Of a stretch of 64,000 nt of DNA, positions 24,830 to 36,664 are shown piece after piece. Each line of letters starts with the position of its first letter. The stretch's first letter is position 1. A model generated the notes under the pieces. That model saw only the letters and a program-made list of their open reading frames with translations. It was not told the DNA's origin and did not search any database. The stretch lies in NCBI RefSeq assembly GCF_001194135.2, contig NC_068994.1:13027266-13091265 (forward strand), written 5' to 3'. Made by a program: the position numbers and the translations under genes. This stretch comes from Octopus bimaculoides. Its lineage: Eukaryota.

Positions 24830-25890
24830 GTTAGTGAAAAACAATTCCTGTTCAACCCTCTTTGTCACTTTTCAAAATTTTTTTTTTTTTAAACATTTAT
24901 TTTTCCCTGATAACATTAGTGAAATAGTTTCTGTTATGCAAATTCAGATATTTGCATACCACTTTGTTTGCTTTGAGAGCTGGGGTTTTTTATTTTTATG
25001 CTGGGGGATTGTTTTTTGGTGGGGTGGTTTTGTTCATCAGTTAGTCTCACCTTCCTACAGCTAAGAGGCACTGTCTTCAATGGTTTAGAGAAATAAATCA
25101 ACACTACTACTTATTTTTTTAATCTATTAGTCTCTTTTGCCAAACTGTTAAGTTATGGGTACATAAACAAACCAACACTGGTTGTCAAATGCACACACAC
25201 ACACATATATACACTAAATTAATAATTATATACAACTGACTGGCCCTCGTGCTGGTGGCACATAAAAGCACCTACTACACTCTCAGAGTGGTTGGCGTTA
25301 GGAAGGGCATCCAGCTGTAGAAACTTTGCCAGATCAGATTGGAGCCTGGTGTAGCCTTCTGACTCGCCAGTCCTCAGTCAAACCATCTAACCCATGCCAG
25401 CATGGAACGACGACGATAATGATGATCAATAATTATATAATTATATTAAAGAGATCAAGAAAGAATTTTCTACAACATGCTGAAAGAAGACACCAAAGGT
25501 GCTAAAAAGCCTCTGTATAACTCGGTTTGTGAGTGAGCAAATGAAAAATACTAAATAAAACTTGTGCATTGGGTCCAATTTCAGGATTAAGACAATAAAG
25601 AGCTTATTTCCCATCCTCAGCACAATATTCAAAGAAACAAAGCAAAAGTGTACATCCATATACAAATATCTGTGCTTATATGCACCAGATAAAGTCAAAT
25701 TTTTCTTTTCATTTCAGCCACGTGTTTTTTCATCGAAATAGCTTTGCAGAAAATGCGATTTCATTCAGGCGTAAAACTATTTCATTATTTATTCTTAATA
25801 GAATTCAGGATAAAATCACATTAATGATTATATTGAGTGGCCAGCATGATAAACATACATATTTATGATATATATATATTTGTGACATAC

Positions 25891-26103
25891 TCTCTTTTAC
25901 TTGTTTCAGTCATTTGACTGCGGCCATGCTGGAGCACCGCCTTTAGTCGAGCAAATCGACCCCAGGACTTGTTCTTTGTAAGCCTAGTACTTATTCTATC
26001 GGTGTCTTTTGCCGAACCGCTAAGTTACGGGGACGTAAACATACCAGCATCGATTGTCAAGCAATGGTGGGAGGACAAACGCAGACACACAAACACACAT
26101 ACG

Positions 26104-26139
<36 letters not shown>

Positions 26140-26326
26140 TATATACATATATATACATATATACGACGGGTTTCTTTCAGTTTCCGTCTACCAAATCCAC
26201 TCATAAGGCTTTGGTCGGCCCGAGGCTATAGTAGAAGACACTTGCCCAAGGTGCCACGCAGTGGGACTGAACCCGGAACCATGTGGTTGGTAAGCAAGCT
26301 ACTTACCACACAGCCACTCTTGCGCC
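25891..26326 (-). mobile_element. SINE family A, near-consensus
   Basis: Full-length reverse-complement match. Confidence 0.88.
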
Positions 26327-26480
26327 TTATATATATATGGTGGTTGGTTTATCTCCCACTGGTGATACAATCTTGGGCACTTATATGCACTAAAAGTCCA
26401 TTTGAGAAGTTCTCTCATGGTAATGATGACAGTATTCTAACTCAACATCCACATTTAAATGGGGATAAATATTACCTTTT

Positions 26481-26864
26481 GTTGCTTCCCAACCACATGG
26501 TCCCAGATTCAGTCCCACTGTGTGGCACCTTGGGCCAGTGTCTTCTACTATAGCTTCAGGCTGACCAAAGCCTTGTGAGNNNNNNNNNNTGGGCCAGTGT
26601 CTTCTACTATAGCTTCAGGCTGACCAAAGCCTTGTGAGTGGATTTGGTAGACGGAAACTGAAAGAAGCCCGTTGTATATGTATGTGTTTGTCACCTCACC
26701 ATCGCTTGACAACTGATGTTGGTGTGTTTATGTCCCCGTAACTTAGCGGTTTGGCAAAAGAGACCGATAGAATAAGTTCTTGGCTTACAAAGAATAAGTC
26801 CTGGGGTCGACTAAAGACAGTGCCCCAGCATAGCTGCAGTCAAATGACTGAAACAAATAAAAGA
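26481..26864 (+). mobile_element. SINE family A, head-truncated, with a 10-N gap and duplicated overlap
   Basis: Forward match to family A, head-to-head with the 25891 copy. Confidence 0.82.
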
Positions 26865-28240
26865 ATATATATATATATATATGTATATATATGAGCTTCC
26901 GCACAGTTTCTATGTACCAAATTCATTCACAAGGTATTGANNNNNNNNNNNNNNNNNNNNNNNNNNNNNNNNNNNNNNNNNNNNNNNNNNNNNNNNNNNN
27001 NNNNNNNNNNNNNNNNNNNNNNNNNNNNNNNNNNNNNNNNNNNNNNNNNNNNNNNNNNNNNNNNNNNNNNNNNNNNNNNNNNNNNNNNNNNNNNNNNNNN
27101 NNNNNNNNNNNNNNNNNNNNNNNNNNNNNNNNNNNNNNNNNNNNNNNNNNNNNNNNNNNNNNNNNNNNNNNNNNNNNNNNNNNNNNNNNNNNNNNNNNNN
27201 NNNNNNNNNNNNNNNNNNNNNNNNNNNNNNNNNNNNNNNNNNNNNNNNNNNNNNNNNNNNNNNNNNNNNNNNNNNNNNNNNNNNNNNNNNNNNNNNNNNN
27301 NNNNNNNNNNNNNNNNNNNNNNNNNNNNNNNNNNNNNNNNNNNNNNNNNNNNNNNNNNNNNNNNNNNNNNNNNNNNNNNNNNNNNNNNNNNNNNNNNNNN
27401 NNNNNNNNNNNNNNNNNNNNNNNNNNNNNNNNNNNNNNNNNNNNNNNNNNNNNNNNNNNNNNNNNNNNNNNNNNNNNNNNNNNNNNNNNNNNNNNNNNNN
27501 NNNNNNNNNNNNNNNNNNNNNNNNNNNNNNNNNNNNNNNNNNNNNNNNNNNNNNNNNNNNNNNNNNNNNNNNNNNNNNNNNNNNNNNNNNNNNNNNNNNN
27601 NNNNNNNNNNNNNNNNNNNNNNNNNNNNNNNNNNNNNNNNNNNNNNNNNNNNNNNNNNNNNNNNNNNNNNNNNNNNNNNNNNNNNNNNNNNNNNNNNNNN
27701 NNNNNNNNNNNNNNNNNNNNNNNNNNNNNNNNNNNNNNNNNNNNNNNNNNNNNNNNNNNNNNNNNNNNNNNNNNNNNNNNNNNNNNCCCTCTCATAATAC
27801 ACATATGTATTTATGTCTGCATGTTTGTATGAGTGAGTGAGTATTACCCTTATCTCTGTGTGCATTCACTGACTATAAAGAGCTTTACTGCAAACACAGG
27901 TGTCCTTTGCTAGCAGTCAACTAGCAAAAAATGTCCATGCTTCTGTACATATCTTGACATGTTGTGTAATCTTTATGTACAGAAGGCTCAGCTACGTGGT
28001 GCTGTTTTTTTCCTGTTCACCATATAACTATGTCTGGGTTGTTCATTGCTCGAGAGACTGGAAGATATTACTTTGCTTGGAAACAAGTGAGGATTGGTGA
28101 CAGGAAAGACATGCAAGCATAGAAAATCTGCATGAAGCACGGAAAAGTGAATGTCAAAATGATGATGGTTGGCATTAGGAAGGGCATTCAGTTGTAGATG
28201 TTGATAATGATGGTATGTGTTTGTACATCTCTCTCTTTAC

Positions 28241-28439
28241 TCTTTTACTTGTTTCAGTCATTTGACTGTGGCCATGCTGAAGCACCGCCTTTAGTCGAGC
28301 AAATCAACCCCAGGACTTACTCTTTATAAGCCTAGTACTTATTCTATTGGTCTCTTTTTGCCGAACTGCTAAGTTACGGGGACGTAAAGATACCAGCATC
28401 GGTTGTCAAGCGATGGTGGGGGGAAGAAACACACATACG

Positions 28440-28488
<49 letters not shown>

Positions 28489-28650
28489 GACGGGCTTCTT
28501 TCAGTTTCCGTCTACCAAATCCACTCACAAGGCTTTGGTCGGCCCGGGGCTATAGTAGAAGACACTTGCCCAAGGTGCCACGCAGTGGGACTGAACTCGG
28601 AACCATGTGGTTGGTAAGCAAGCTACTTACCACACAGCCACTCCTGCGCC
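28241..28650 (-). mobile_element. SINE family A, near-consensus
   Basis: Full-length reverse-complement match. Further partial copies lie near 327-735, 2450-2640, 15131-15470, 20958-21357, 33763-33847, 43361-43477, 45800-45959 and 46495-46700. Confidence 0.88.
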
Positions 28651-28757
28651 TATACATACTTGTGCCTATACATACATATTTGCAAGGTATGATCTTAACT
28701 CATAATCCCTACCAACATTAATGTTTCAACTCTTTCTTTTCTATTTTTCCTCTCTAG

Positions 28758-28842
28758 ATCAAAATTCCATTATTGTTACTCAATGCTGCTGATGATCCTC
28801 TCGTCCCTCAAGATCTTTTAAGAATACCAAAAACTCAAGCAA
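28758..28842 (+). CDS. ABHD2: ABHD2-like exon carrying the catalytic Asp (IKIPLLLLNAADDPLVPQDLLRIPKTQA)
   Basis: Acceptor ttcctctctAG and donor GTaagt at 28843. The NAADDPLV motif matches ABHD1/2/3-family sequences. Confidence 0.93.
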
Positions 28843-29306
28843 GTAAGTATTTTGCTGTTTGGAATGAGATAATCAGGTGCAACTGTTTGGACTTTGACCA
28901 TTTGACATGGCTGATTGGTTACTGAACCTGCTTTGGCGAAGCCTCTTTTTGGTCCATAAAATAATTATCAGTTGAACACTGGGGGGGTCACTGTAATCAA
29001 TTTACCCCTTTCCCCCCAAAATTGCTGGCATTATGCCAAAATTTGAAATCATTATTAGAGTGGCAAGCAGGAAGAATTGTAAACATGTCAGACAAAATGC
29101 TTAGCGACATCTTCCAGTTCTTTACATCCTCGATTCAAATTCTACTGAGGTTGAATTTGGCTTCCATCCTTTTAGGGTCAATAAAATAAGTATCAGTTGA
29201 TTACTGAGGTCAACATAATTGACCAGTCCTCTCCCTCCAAATTTCAGGTATTGTGCCTATGATAGAAAAATTATTATTCTTAAGGCAGCAAACTGGCATA
29301 ATTGTT

Positions 29307-29694
29307 ATTGTTGTTGTTCTTGTTGTTGTTGGCACTCCGTCGCTTATGATGTCGAGGGTTCCAGTAGATCCAATCAACGGAACAGCCTGCTCGTGAAGTT
29401 AACGTGCAAGTGGCTGAGCACTCCACAGACATGTGTACCCTTAACGTAGTTCTCGGGGATATTCAGCGTGACACAGTGTGACAAGGCTGACCTGTTGAAT
29501 TACAGGTACAACAGAAACAGGAAGTAAGAGTGAGAGAAAGTTGTGGTGGAAGAATACAGCAGGGTTCGCCACCATCCCCTGCCGGAGCCTCGTGGAGCTT
29601 TTAGGTGTTTTTGCTCAATAAACACTCACAACACCCGGTCTGGGAATCGAAACCGTGAGTCCACTGCTCTAACCACTGGGCCATTGCACCTCCA
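29307..29694 (-). mobile_element. SINE family B inserted into the head of a family C SINE, 12-bp TSD
   Basis: TSD ggcataattgtt at 29295-29306 and 29695-29706. The family C sequence resumes after the insertion. Confidence 0.88.
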
Positions 29695-30439
29695 GGCATA
29701 ATTGTTAGCATGCTAGATAAAATGCTTAGTGGTATATCTTCCAGCTCTCTACATTCATAGTTCAAATTACACCAAGTTTGACTTTGCCTATCATCCTTTC
29801 AGGGTCGATTAAATAAGTACCAGTTACACACTGGGGTTGAAGTAATCGACTTAATCCCTTCCCTCAAATTTGAGGCCTTGTGCTTCAGTAGAAACTGTTA
29901 TTTCCGATTTACTTTTATCTAGAAATCAAAGGAAATGACTACTATTCCCTTCAAACTTTGCTTTTCTGACCTGGACATCAATGTTTTCAAACTGACCTAT
30001 TTTCCATTACATTTCAGACAGATTCAGTGCTTAGTTGCTGAAGCAGAAATAGCGTTATAGCAAATATTCTGCTCAACATCACAGATTTGCTTGTCAGTTG
30101 ATTGACCTTAACAATTTGAACATGTCACTTAGTGGCTGACAATATGTGCATGTCTGATCACGAGCAGGAGTAGTGTGGGGAACATCATAGCCATGTATTG
30201 AGAGGGATTCTTTGGGGTTTGAATAAATACAACAAAAGTAAAGTTTGAAGGAAATATTAGCCATTTTTCATACTTTCTAGGGGGAAAGCAATTTGGAGAT
30301 AACAGTTGCTACTCAAAGACAAAAACCATGTTACACAGTGTAATATTTTGATTATTTTGATATTAGTTTTTAAGATGGGAAGAAATGCCAGCATTAACTT
30401 AATCTCTTTTCTCTCTCTTTCTGTTTCTACTCATTGCAG

Positions 30440-30612
30440 TGAATAATGACAAATGTATTATGGCTGTGACAACACACGGAGGACATCTTGGCTACCTTGA
30501 AGGTGGAAGCTTCTTTCCAAACGAAATCTCTTGGTCGGATAAGCTTATTGTCCAATATTTGGACACAATCATCTCACAACATATGGCCAACATTGCTGAA
30601 CTACAAACCTAG
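30440..30612 (+). CDS. ABHD2: ABHD2-like terminal coding exon carrying the catalytic His (NNDKCIMAVTTHGGHLGYLEGGSFFPNEISWSDKLIVQY...QT*)
   Basis: Acceptor cattgcAG. HGGHLG..EG motif present; TAG at 30610-30612. Phase 1 continuity (a+tg=Met). Confidence 0.93.
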
Positions 30613-31379
30613 TGAAATCGGACCAAATAAATCATCATTGTTAAATATATAATTATTATCATTACTGCTATTATTAATAATATTGTTATTATTGCTTTCG
30701 CTATCTGTTTATTACTACTACTTTTATATCATCATTACCATCCTCATCATCCTCATCAACATCATCATATCAAAGTGGCGAGCTGGCAGAATCGTTAGCA
30801 TGCCAGACGAAATGCTTAATGACATTTCATCCATCTTTATGTTCTGGGTTCAAATTTCACCAAGGTTGACTTTGCCTTTCATCCTTTCGGGGTCGATAAA
30901 ATAAGTACCAGTTGAGCACTGGGGTTGATGTAATTGACTAACCTCCTCCCCCATAACTTCAGGCTCTGTGCCTATAGTAGAAAGTCATTATTATTATCAT
31001 TATTATTATCATTATTATTATTATCATTATTATTATTATCATTATTATTATTATTATTATTATGTAATGAATGCTGTGAAGTCATAGTAAAGTTCCTGGT
31101 GAAACTTATTCTGCAATTCAGTTTCAATGCTTCCCTTCTGTCTAGTAAAAGCATGTGTGTTGCAACTCCCATTCCTTTCCATGCTATATAATGTCTAAGC
31201 TGTAAGCATCATTATCAATGCTATTATTATTATTATTATTATTATTATTCTGCTAAGGTCGACTTTGCCTTTTTTCCTTTCGGGGTCGGTAAGATTAAGC
31301 ACCAGTTGATCACTGGGGTCAATGTAATTGACTTATCCCCTCCCCGAAAATTTCAGGCCTTGTGCCTATAGTAGAAAGG

Positions 31380-31414
<35 letters not shown>

Positions 31415-31623
31415 CAACATCATTATTTTTATTGTCAACATCATTATTATTTTTATCATCATCACCATTATTATTATTATTGTTATTATTATTATTACTC
31501 CTGTCATGTATTCTGCTGAACTCTTCCATGTATATGAGCTAACTAGAGAGGCTCTTGCTACCAATAGGCGAAATTTGGGTATAATTTCCATAAACTGTAT
31601 GTATATTTATGTGTGTGTGTGTT

Positions 31624-31678
<55 letters not shown>

Positions 31679-31858
31679 AATGGACTGTGATGTAATTATA
31701 GTGATATCAGTATGTTGATAATACCAATTTTTTTTTTACATTAATAATGTACATGTGGTTATGTATGAAGTTATGTAATCTGCTGAACTCTTCCATGTAT
31801 GTGAGCCAACTGGAGTGGCTCTTGATATTACAAATCCAAATTTGGGTGTATAATATGA

Positions 31859-31898
<40 letters not shown>

Positions 31899-33268
31899 TA
31901 CTGTGATGTAATTATGGTTATATTAATACATTAATTATAAAAGTTATGACATAAGTTGGTTAGATATTGGGATATGTTTTGAGTTGATCTAACTGGTTAT
32001 TGCTAAGAACTTGCTAGCAATAAAAATGCTTTTTAAGGTTACATGGAGTGCTTCAAGTGCTGTATGTGGTTCAGAAATACATCAGACGGAACATATCCTT
32101 AATAAAGAATTTAAAGAACTAGGACCAAAATCAAAATATTTCACATATGTTGCTAATGCCTTAGGGAAAAGTATGAATGACTCAACTTCCATTCCCTCCC
32201 ACTTTCATTTATATAATAGTAAAAATTGTAACTGTTAAGACTAAGGATATAAAGAGAATATATAGAAATAACATAGTAATATTTAACCTTGAAGCATTCA
32301 GATTACTCTGTTAAATGTAATGCTTATTTATTTGGATTAATGCTGCATTGTCTCATATCTTTGAAATTTTGGTGATGTGATTGTTTAGTTTAGAATGACA
32401 TTGTAAAGTAGTTGTGAGAGGCCAGTTTGAACATAAAACAGGTAGACTTTATGGACCAGATATGGTCAGTTTAAAGGCTTAATAGCTATAAAAAATGAGT
32501 CGCAGAAAATAGACAGCCTGCGTCTCTCTAGAGCAATCGCATCACATGGTACATGTAACGTCTGTGTAACACATCATCGAAAAGCAAGCATACTTCCTTC
32601 TTGTATCAAAAACAAGAAAGAAAGAAATGGATCTGTATTGATTCCACAGGCATGTTTTAGGTAGATCCATCAAAAGTACTCTGATTTCTTAGAGGGTGCC
32701 ATTGGCTGTTCTAATAAGATATTATGAATTGCGTTAGAATACCTGGATGGTTACATGTACCCATACACACAAAAAGAAACATGTCCTGGTTCTGAATAGC
32801 ATTATTCTGTGAGAGAAATGACAGTGATACTATATGTTTGGCTTCATAATACAATCTTTACATTATCCATAAGCCAATTAAAAAAAAAAAAAGAGCAAAA
32901 AACACCATCACTGATCAGTAATAGAAGAAAACTACTCTTCTAACAGATCGAGAGATTCTGTACACTTACACTTTAGAATTGAAGTTTCAATATGGTACAA
33001 ATGGTAATAATAATTAGCCTGTGTTTTAGCTGTGGGAGTTGAATAGAACTTATGTCCTTAATCTCAAATATTTACAAATGACCATTTTCACAACTGGGGT
33101 CGTGCTAAATTTTCATTTTTTATTTTATTTTAATTTGGATATTGTCCATGACATTATTTGAAGTTCCGATAAATATTATGAAAGCTTTTTTTTCTAGCCA
33201 TATGGACCAAGTGTTTTTTCTGTCAATGTCATTTTCTTTTTTAAAAAAATTTCATTTTTAATTATTTA

Positions 33269-33309
<41 letters not shown>

Positions 33310-33337
33310 NNNNNNNNNNTATTATTATTATTACTAC

Positions 33338-33368
<31 letters not shown>

Positions 33369-34849
33369 TGTCCTTCTGGCTTTAAGAATTAACTTTATTA
33401 ACTTTATTTCGGAATTTCATTATTCTCGAGTTATTATTTATTTACATAATTTCGTTTGCTTCGCTTTTAAAAATATATATATAATATTTATTTATTTATT
33501 TATTTATTTTATTAATATGGTGAACAATATCGACTTTTAACATTAGTATAATCGGTAGAGCACCGGACAACATTGCTTGTAATATTTAGTTCGTAATTTT
33601 ACATTCACCGTTCAAATCCTACTCTCGTTCAATGTCCCTTCTCTCTTGTCGTGGTAAATTCTGAATTTTCCTTTTCCGAGGAAGATTACGTATAGCACCA
33701 TTCTCCTACCAGATTCTGTTTATTCGCATGTTAGCTCCAAACAGGAACTGGTATATCCCGATGTGCCAAGGTGCCACGCAGTGGGACTGAACCCGGAACC
33801 ATGTGGTTGGTAAGCAAGCTACTTACCACACAGCCACTCCTGCGCCTGTATATGTGTGTGTGTCACCATCGTGTAAGAAAAGGTGTTGGTATGTTTACGT
33901 TCCTGTAAATGAAGCAGTAATAAAATAAGTACCAGGCTTTTAAAAACATAAAAAGTAGTGCCCTTTCATTCGGCTAAAATTTTTTCAAAGGTGATGCCAC
34001 AGCATGGCCGCACTCTAATGAGTGAAACAAGATAGCAGATAAGGATACAAGACAGTAACATCGAATCGAAATCTTTCTCGAAAACGAAAGGAATTATGTT
34101 GAAATTTCACAAAAGAACTTTCAATGATTTCTATTTAACTTCGAGATTGCCATGGAATAATGGACAAATTTGACTTACTTGGTTCATAGATTTCTGTTAC
34201 AAAACGATTTAGAAAAAAAAAAAAAANNNNNNNNNNAGAATTATTATTATTATTATTATCATCATCATCATCATCATCATCATCATTCCTTTCAAGGTCG
34301 ATAAAACAACTACCAGTCAAGTACTGAGGTTGATGTTATCGGCTTAACCCCCTCTCCAAAAATTTCTGGCCTTGTGCCAAAATTTGAAACCATCATCATC
34401 ATCATCATCATCATTGTCATTATTATTATTATATTGAGTTGTGCATTATGATTATTTATTGGCAGAATTGTTAAAGTTGAACAAAATTGCCTTTAAGTTA
34501 AAACTTTGTATTTCTTTTTATTTGTGGAAATTGTAATGGAATCATTGCTCAGAGAAATTGAATGTAAAGCAAAGATATACATCATTCATGCTTTGAACCT
34601 CTAAATGCTGCCGAAATAAAAATATATTTTTCTTTCATCAAACACCAACAACTGATTTTAAAATAAACCAAAATAAATGCTAAAAATAAAGATTAAAACA
34701 AAAAAAAAATACCAATTCTGTACAGATAGATAATGTTGTGAGTGAGATGAAATAAAGTTTATCCTTTATAGAAATTTTGGTAGTCTCTTGTCTTTCTTTC
34801 ATTACCAATGGCTAGAAATGTTATGATCTTTGTAATGAGTCACTCAAAG

Positions 34850-35284
34850 TAGGTGGAGCACATGAGAGTGGGAGACCCAGAAAGACATGGGATGAAATAC
34901 TGAAGAATGACCAAAGGATGCTGAAGATTTCAGGTAAAATGACAAGGGACCGAGATGCCTGGGGCAAACACTAGTGTAATAAATTATTTTAATAAACACT
35001 GTTGTTGTTGGCACTCCATCGCTTACGACGTCGAGGGTTCCAGTTGATCCGATCAACAGAACAGCCTGCTCGTATAAATATATATATATAATCCTAATGG
35101 GTAGGAAGGTGGATGGAGCACAGGCCCCTTCGGGTGGATGGCCCTGCTCAGTGTGTGGAGAGGGAGTGGGTAGTGGCTCTGTGAGATGTGCCCGGTGCAG
35201 GCTATGGACACAAAGGAGGTGCAGCAACATCAGGGGCAGGTTAACTAGCAAGTTGGTTTTTGTTTGTGGCAGATGTTCAGGTGC
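34850..35284 (+). mobile_element. RTE/RTE-X LINE fragments: C-terminal GRPRKTWDE..RDRDAW, then a PHD-like Cys cluster
   Basis: 34850-34965 encodes GRPRKTWDEILKND...TRDRDAW. 35097-35284 encodes WPCSVCGEGVGSGSVRCARCRLWTQRRCSNIRGRL...FVCGRC. A family B tail lies between them. Confidence 0.68.
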
Positions 35285-36502
35285 NNNNNNNNNNNNNNNN
35301 NNNNNNNNNNNNNNNNNNNNNNNNNNNNNNNNNNNNNNNNNNNNNNNNNNNNNNNNNNNNNNNNNNNNNNNNNNNNNNNNNNNNATGTTTATATATATAT
35401 ATATATATACATATATATATGTTTATATATATATTTATAACCTGGGTTCTCATTCCTAAGGTATTTGTCCATGTTATTATTATTCAGGTCACTGCCTGGA
35501 ATCACGCTCAGACTCTTAACCACTATGCCATATGCAATTATGGAATGAATTTTAGTGCTTATAAATCTAATATTTTCCTATCCTTCCTATGGCGTAGTGG
35601 TTAAGAGTGTGGGCTACTAGCCCCAAGATTCTGAGTTCAATTCCAGGCAGTGACCTGAATAATAATAACAACAGTTATGTCACATTCTGTCTCATGCTGA
35701 ATCTCCCTGAGAACTATGTAAAGGGTACACGTGCCTGTGGAATTCTCAGCTCCTTGTAGGTTGATTTCACTAGCAAGCTGTTTTGTTGATCAGATCAACT
35801 AGAACCATCATCATTGTAACTGACGAAGTGCCAGTTGTATATATTTTTTTTTTTTTTTTTCCTTTTTATAGCTGGACCTTACTATTTATTTGTTCTCAGA
35901 AAAATTACTCTTCTTTAATGATGGAAAAGGTGGGATTTCATTTGTATTTGTCATTGAGCCAAGCTTTTGTTGTTTCTTACCACCAATAACTTGATTTGGA
36001 TTAATCATATCTATAATTGTGCATATTGTTGCTTTAACTCCAACACATCTTCTCACTAAACTGCATTTGACGACATAAAAGGCACAATGGCATCTATTAT
36101 GCACCCCAAATTCAGCAGCACATATTCATTCGCATATAGAACCTGGGGGGTCCTATATGCGAATGTCATCAAATGTAATAATTTATTCTCGTACACTTAA
36201 ATATTCAATTTCAACAGCACTGGATTATTTGTGGCACCTACACAAAGCAAGTGCAGATAAATCTCACAGAACAAGTTGTTGTCTCCCCTCGCTGGTTTGC
36301 GTGTGTGCTATAAGCCGGTCGTAAGTGTGACATTTCTTCAGCTTTTCTTAAGATGTATTTGTACGGACAGATTCCTAAATACAAATTTGCAATTTTTTGA
36401 CGGTGCTCTAGATTTAGGAACTGCCATTTTTTATTGCAGAGTATTTCGTACATTAAGTACGCCCTTACACATATATATCCTCTTTTATGGTGGGGCACTT
36501 AA

Positions 36503-36664
36503 CCAGTGTGCACATATCGTTGCAGTCTGTTAGACAATTTCCAGGCAGGAATTCCTTTAAGAGCGACTGAAATGTACCAACTGTATGTTCAAAGTATAGT
36601 GGAGAAGGCTAACCACTGGATTTGGTTAAAAAGAAACGATGAGCGATGGCTAGAGAAATATTGA
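36503..36664 (+). mobile_element. Probable C-terminal relic of a restriction-endonuclease-type (HERO/R2-group) non-LTR retrotransposon
   Basis: Hand translation PVCTYRCSLLDNFQAGIPLRATEMYQLYVQSIVEKANHWIWLKRNDERWLEKY*. The EKA..W.W.KR...W ending resembles remembered HERO-clade ORF ends. Confidence 0.45.

Noticed and set aside
26530-26640. About 49-bp direct repeat on both sides of a 10-N gap
   Set aside because: Typical unmerged contig overlap inside one SINE copy, so an assembly artefact.
35585-35660. tRNA-like sequence (tggcgtagtggttaag...gagttcaattcc); similar heads in SINE families A-C
   Set aside because: Pol III A/B boxes are present but there is no complete cloverleaf or acceptor stem; these are SINE heads, not tRNA genes.
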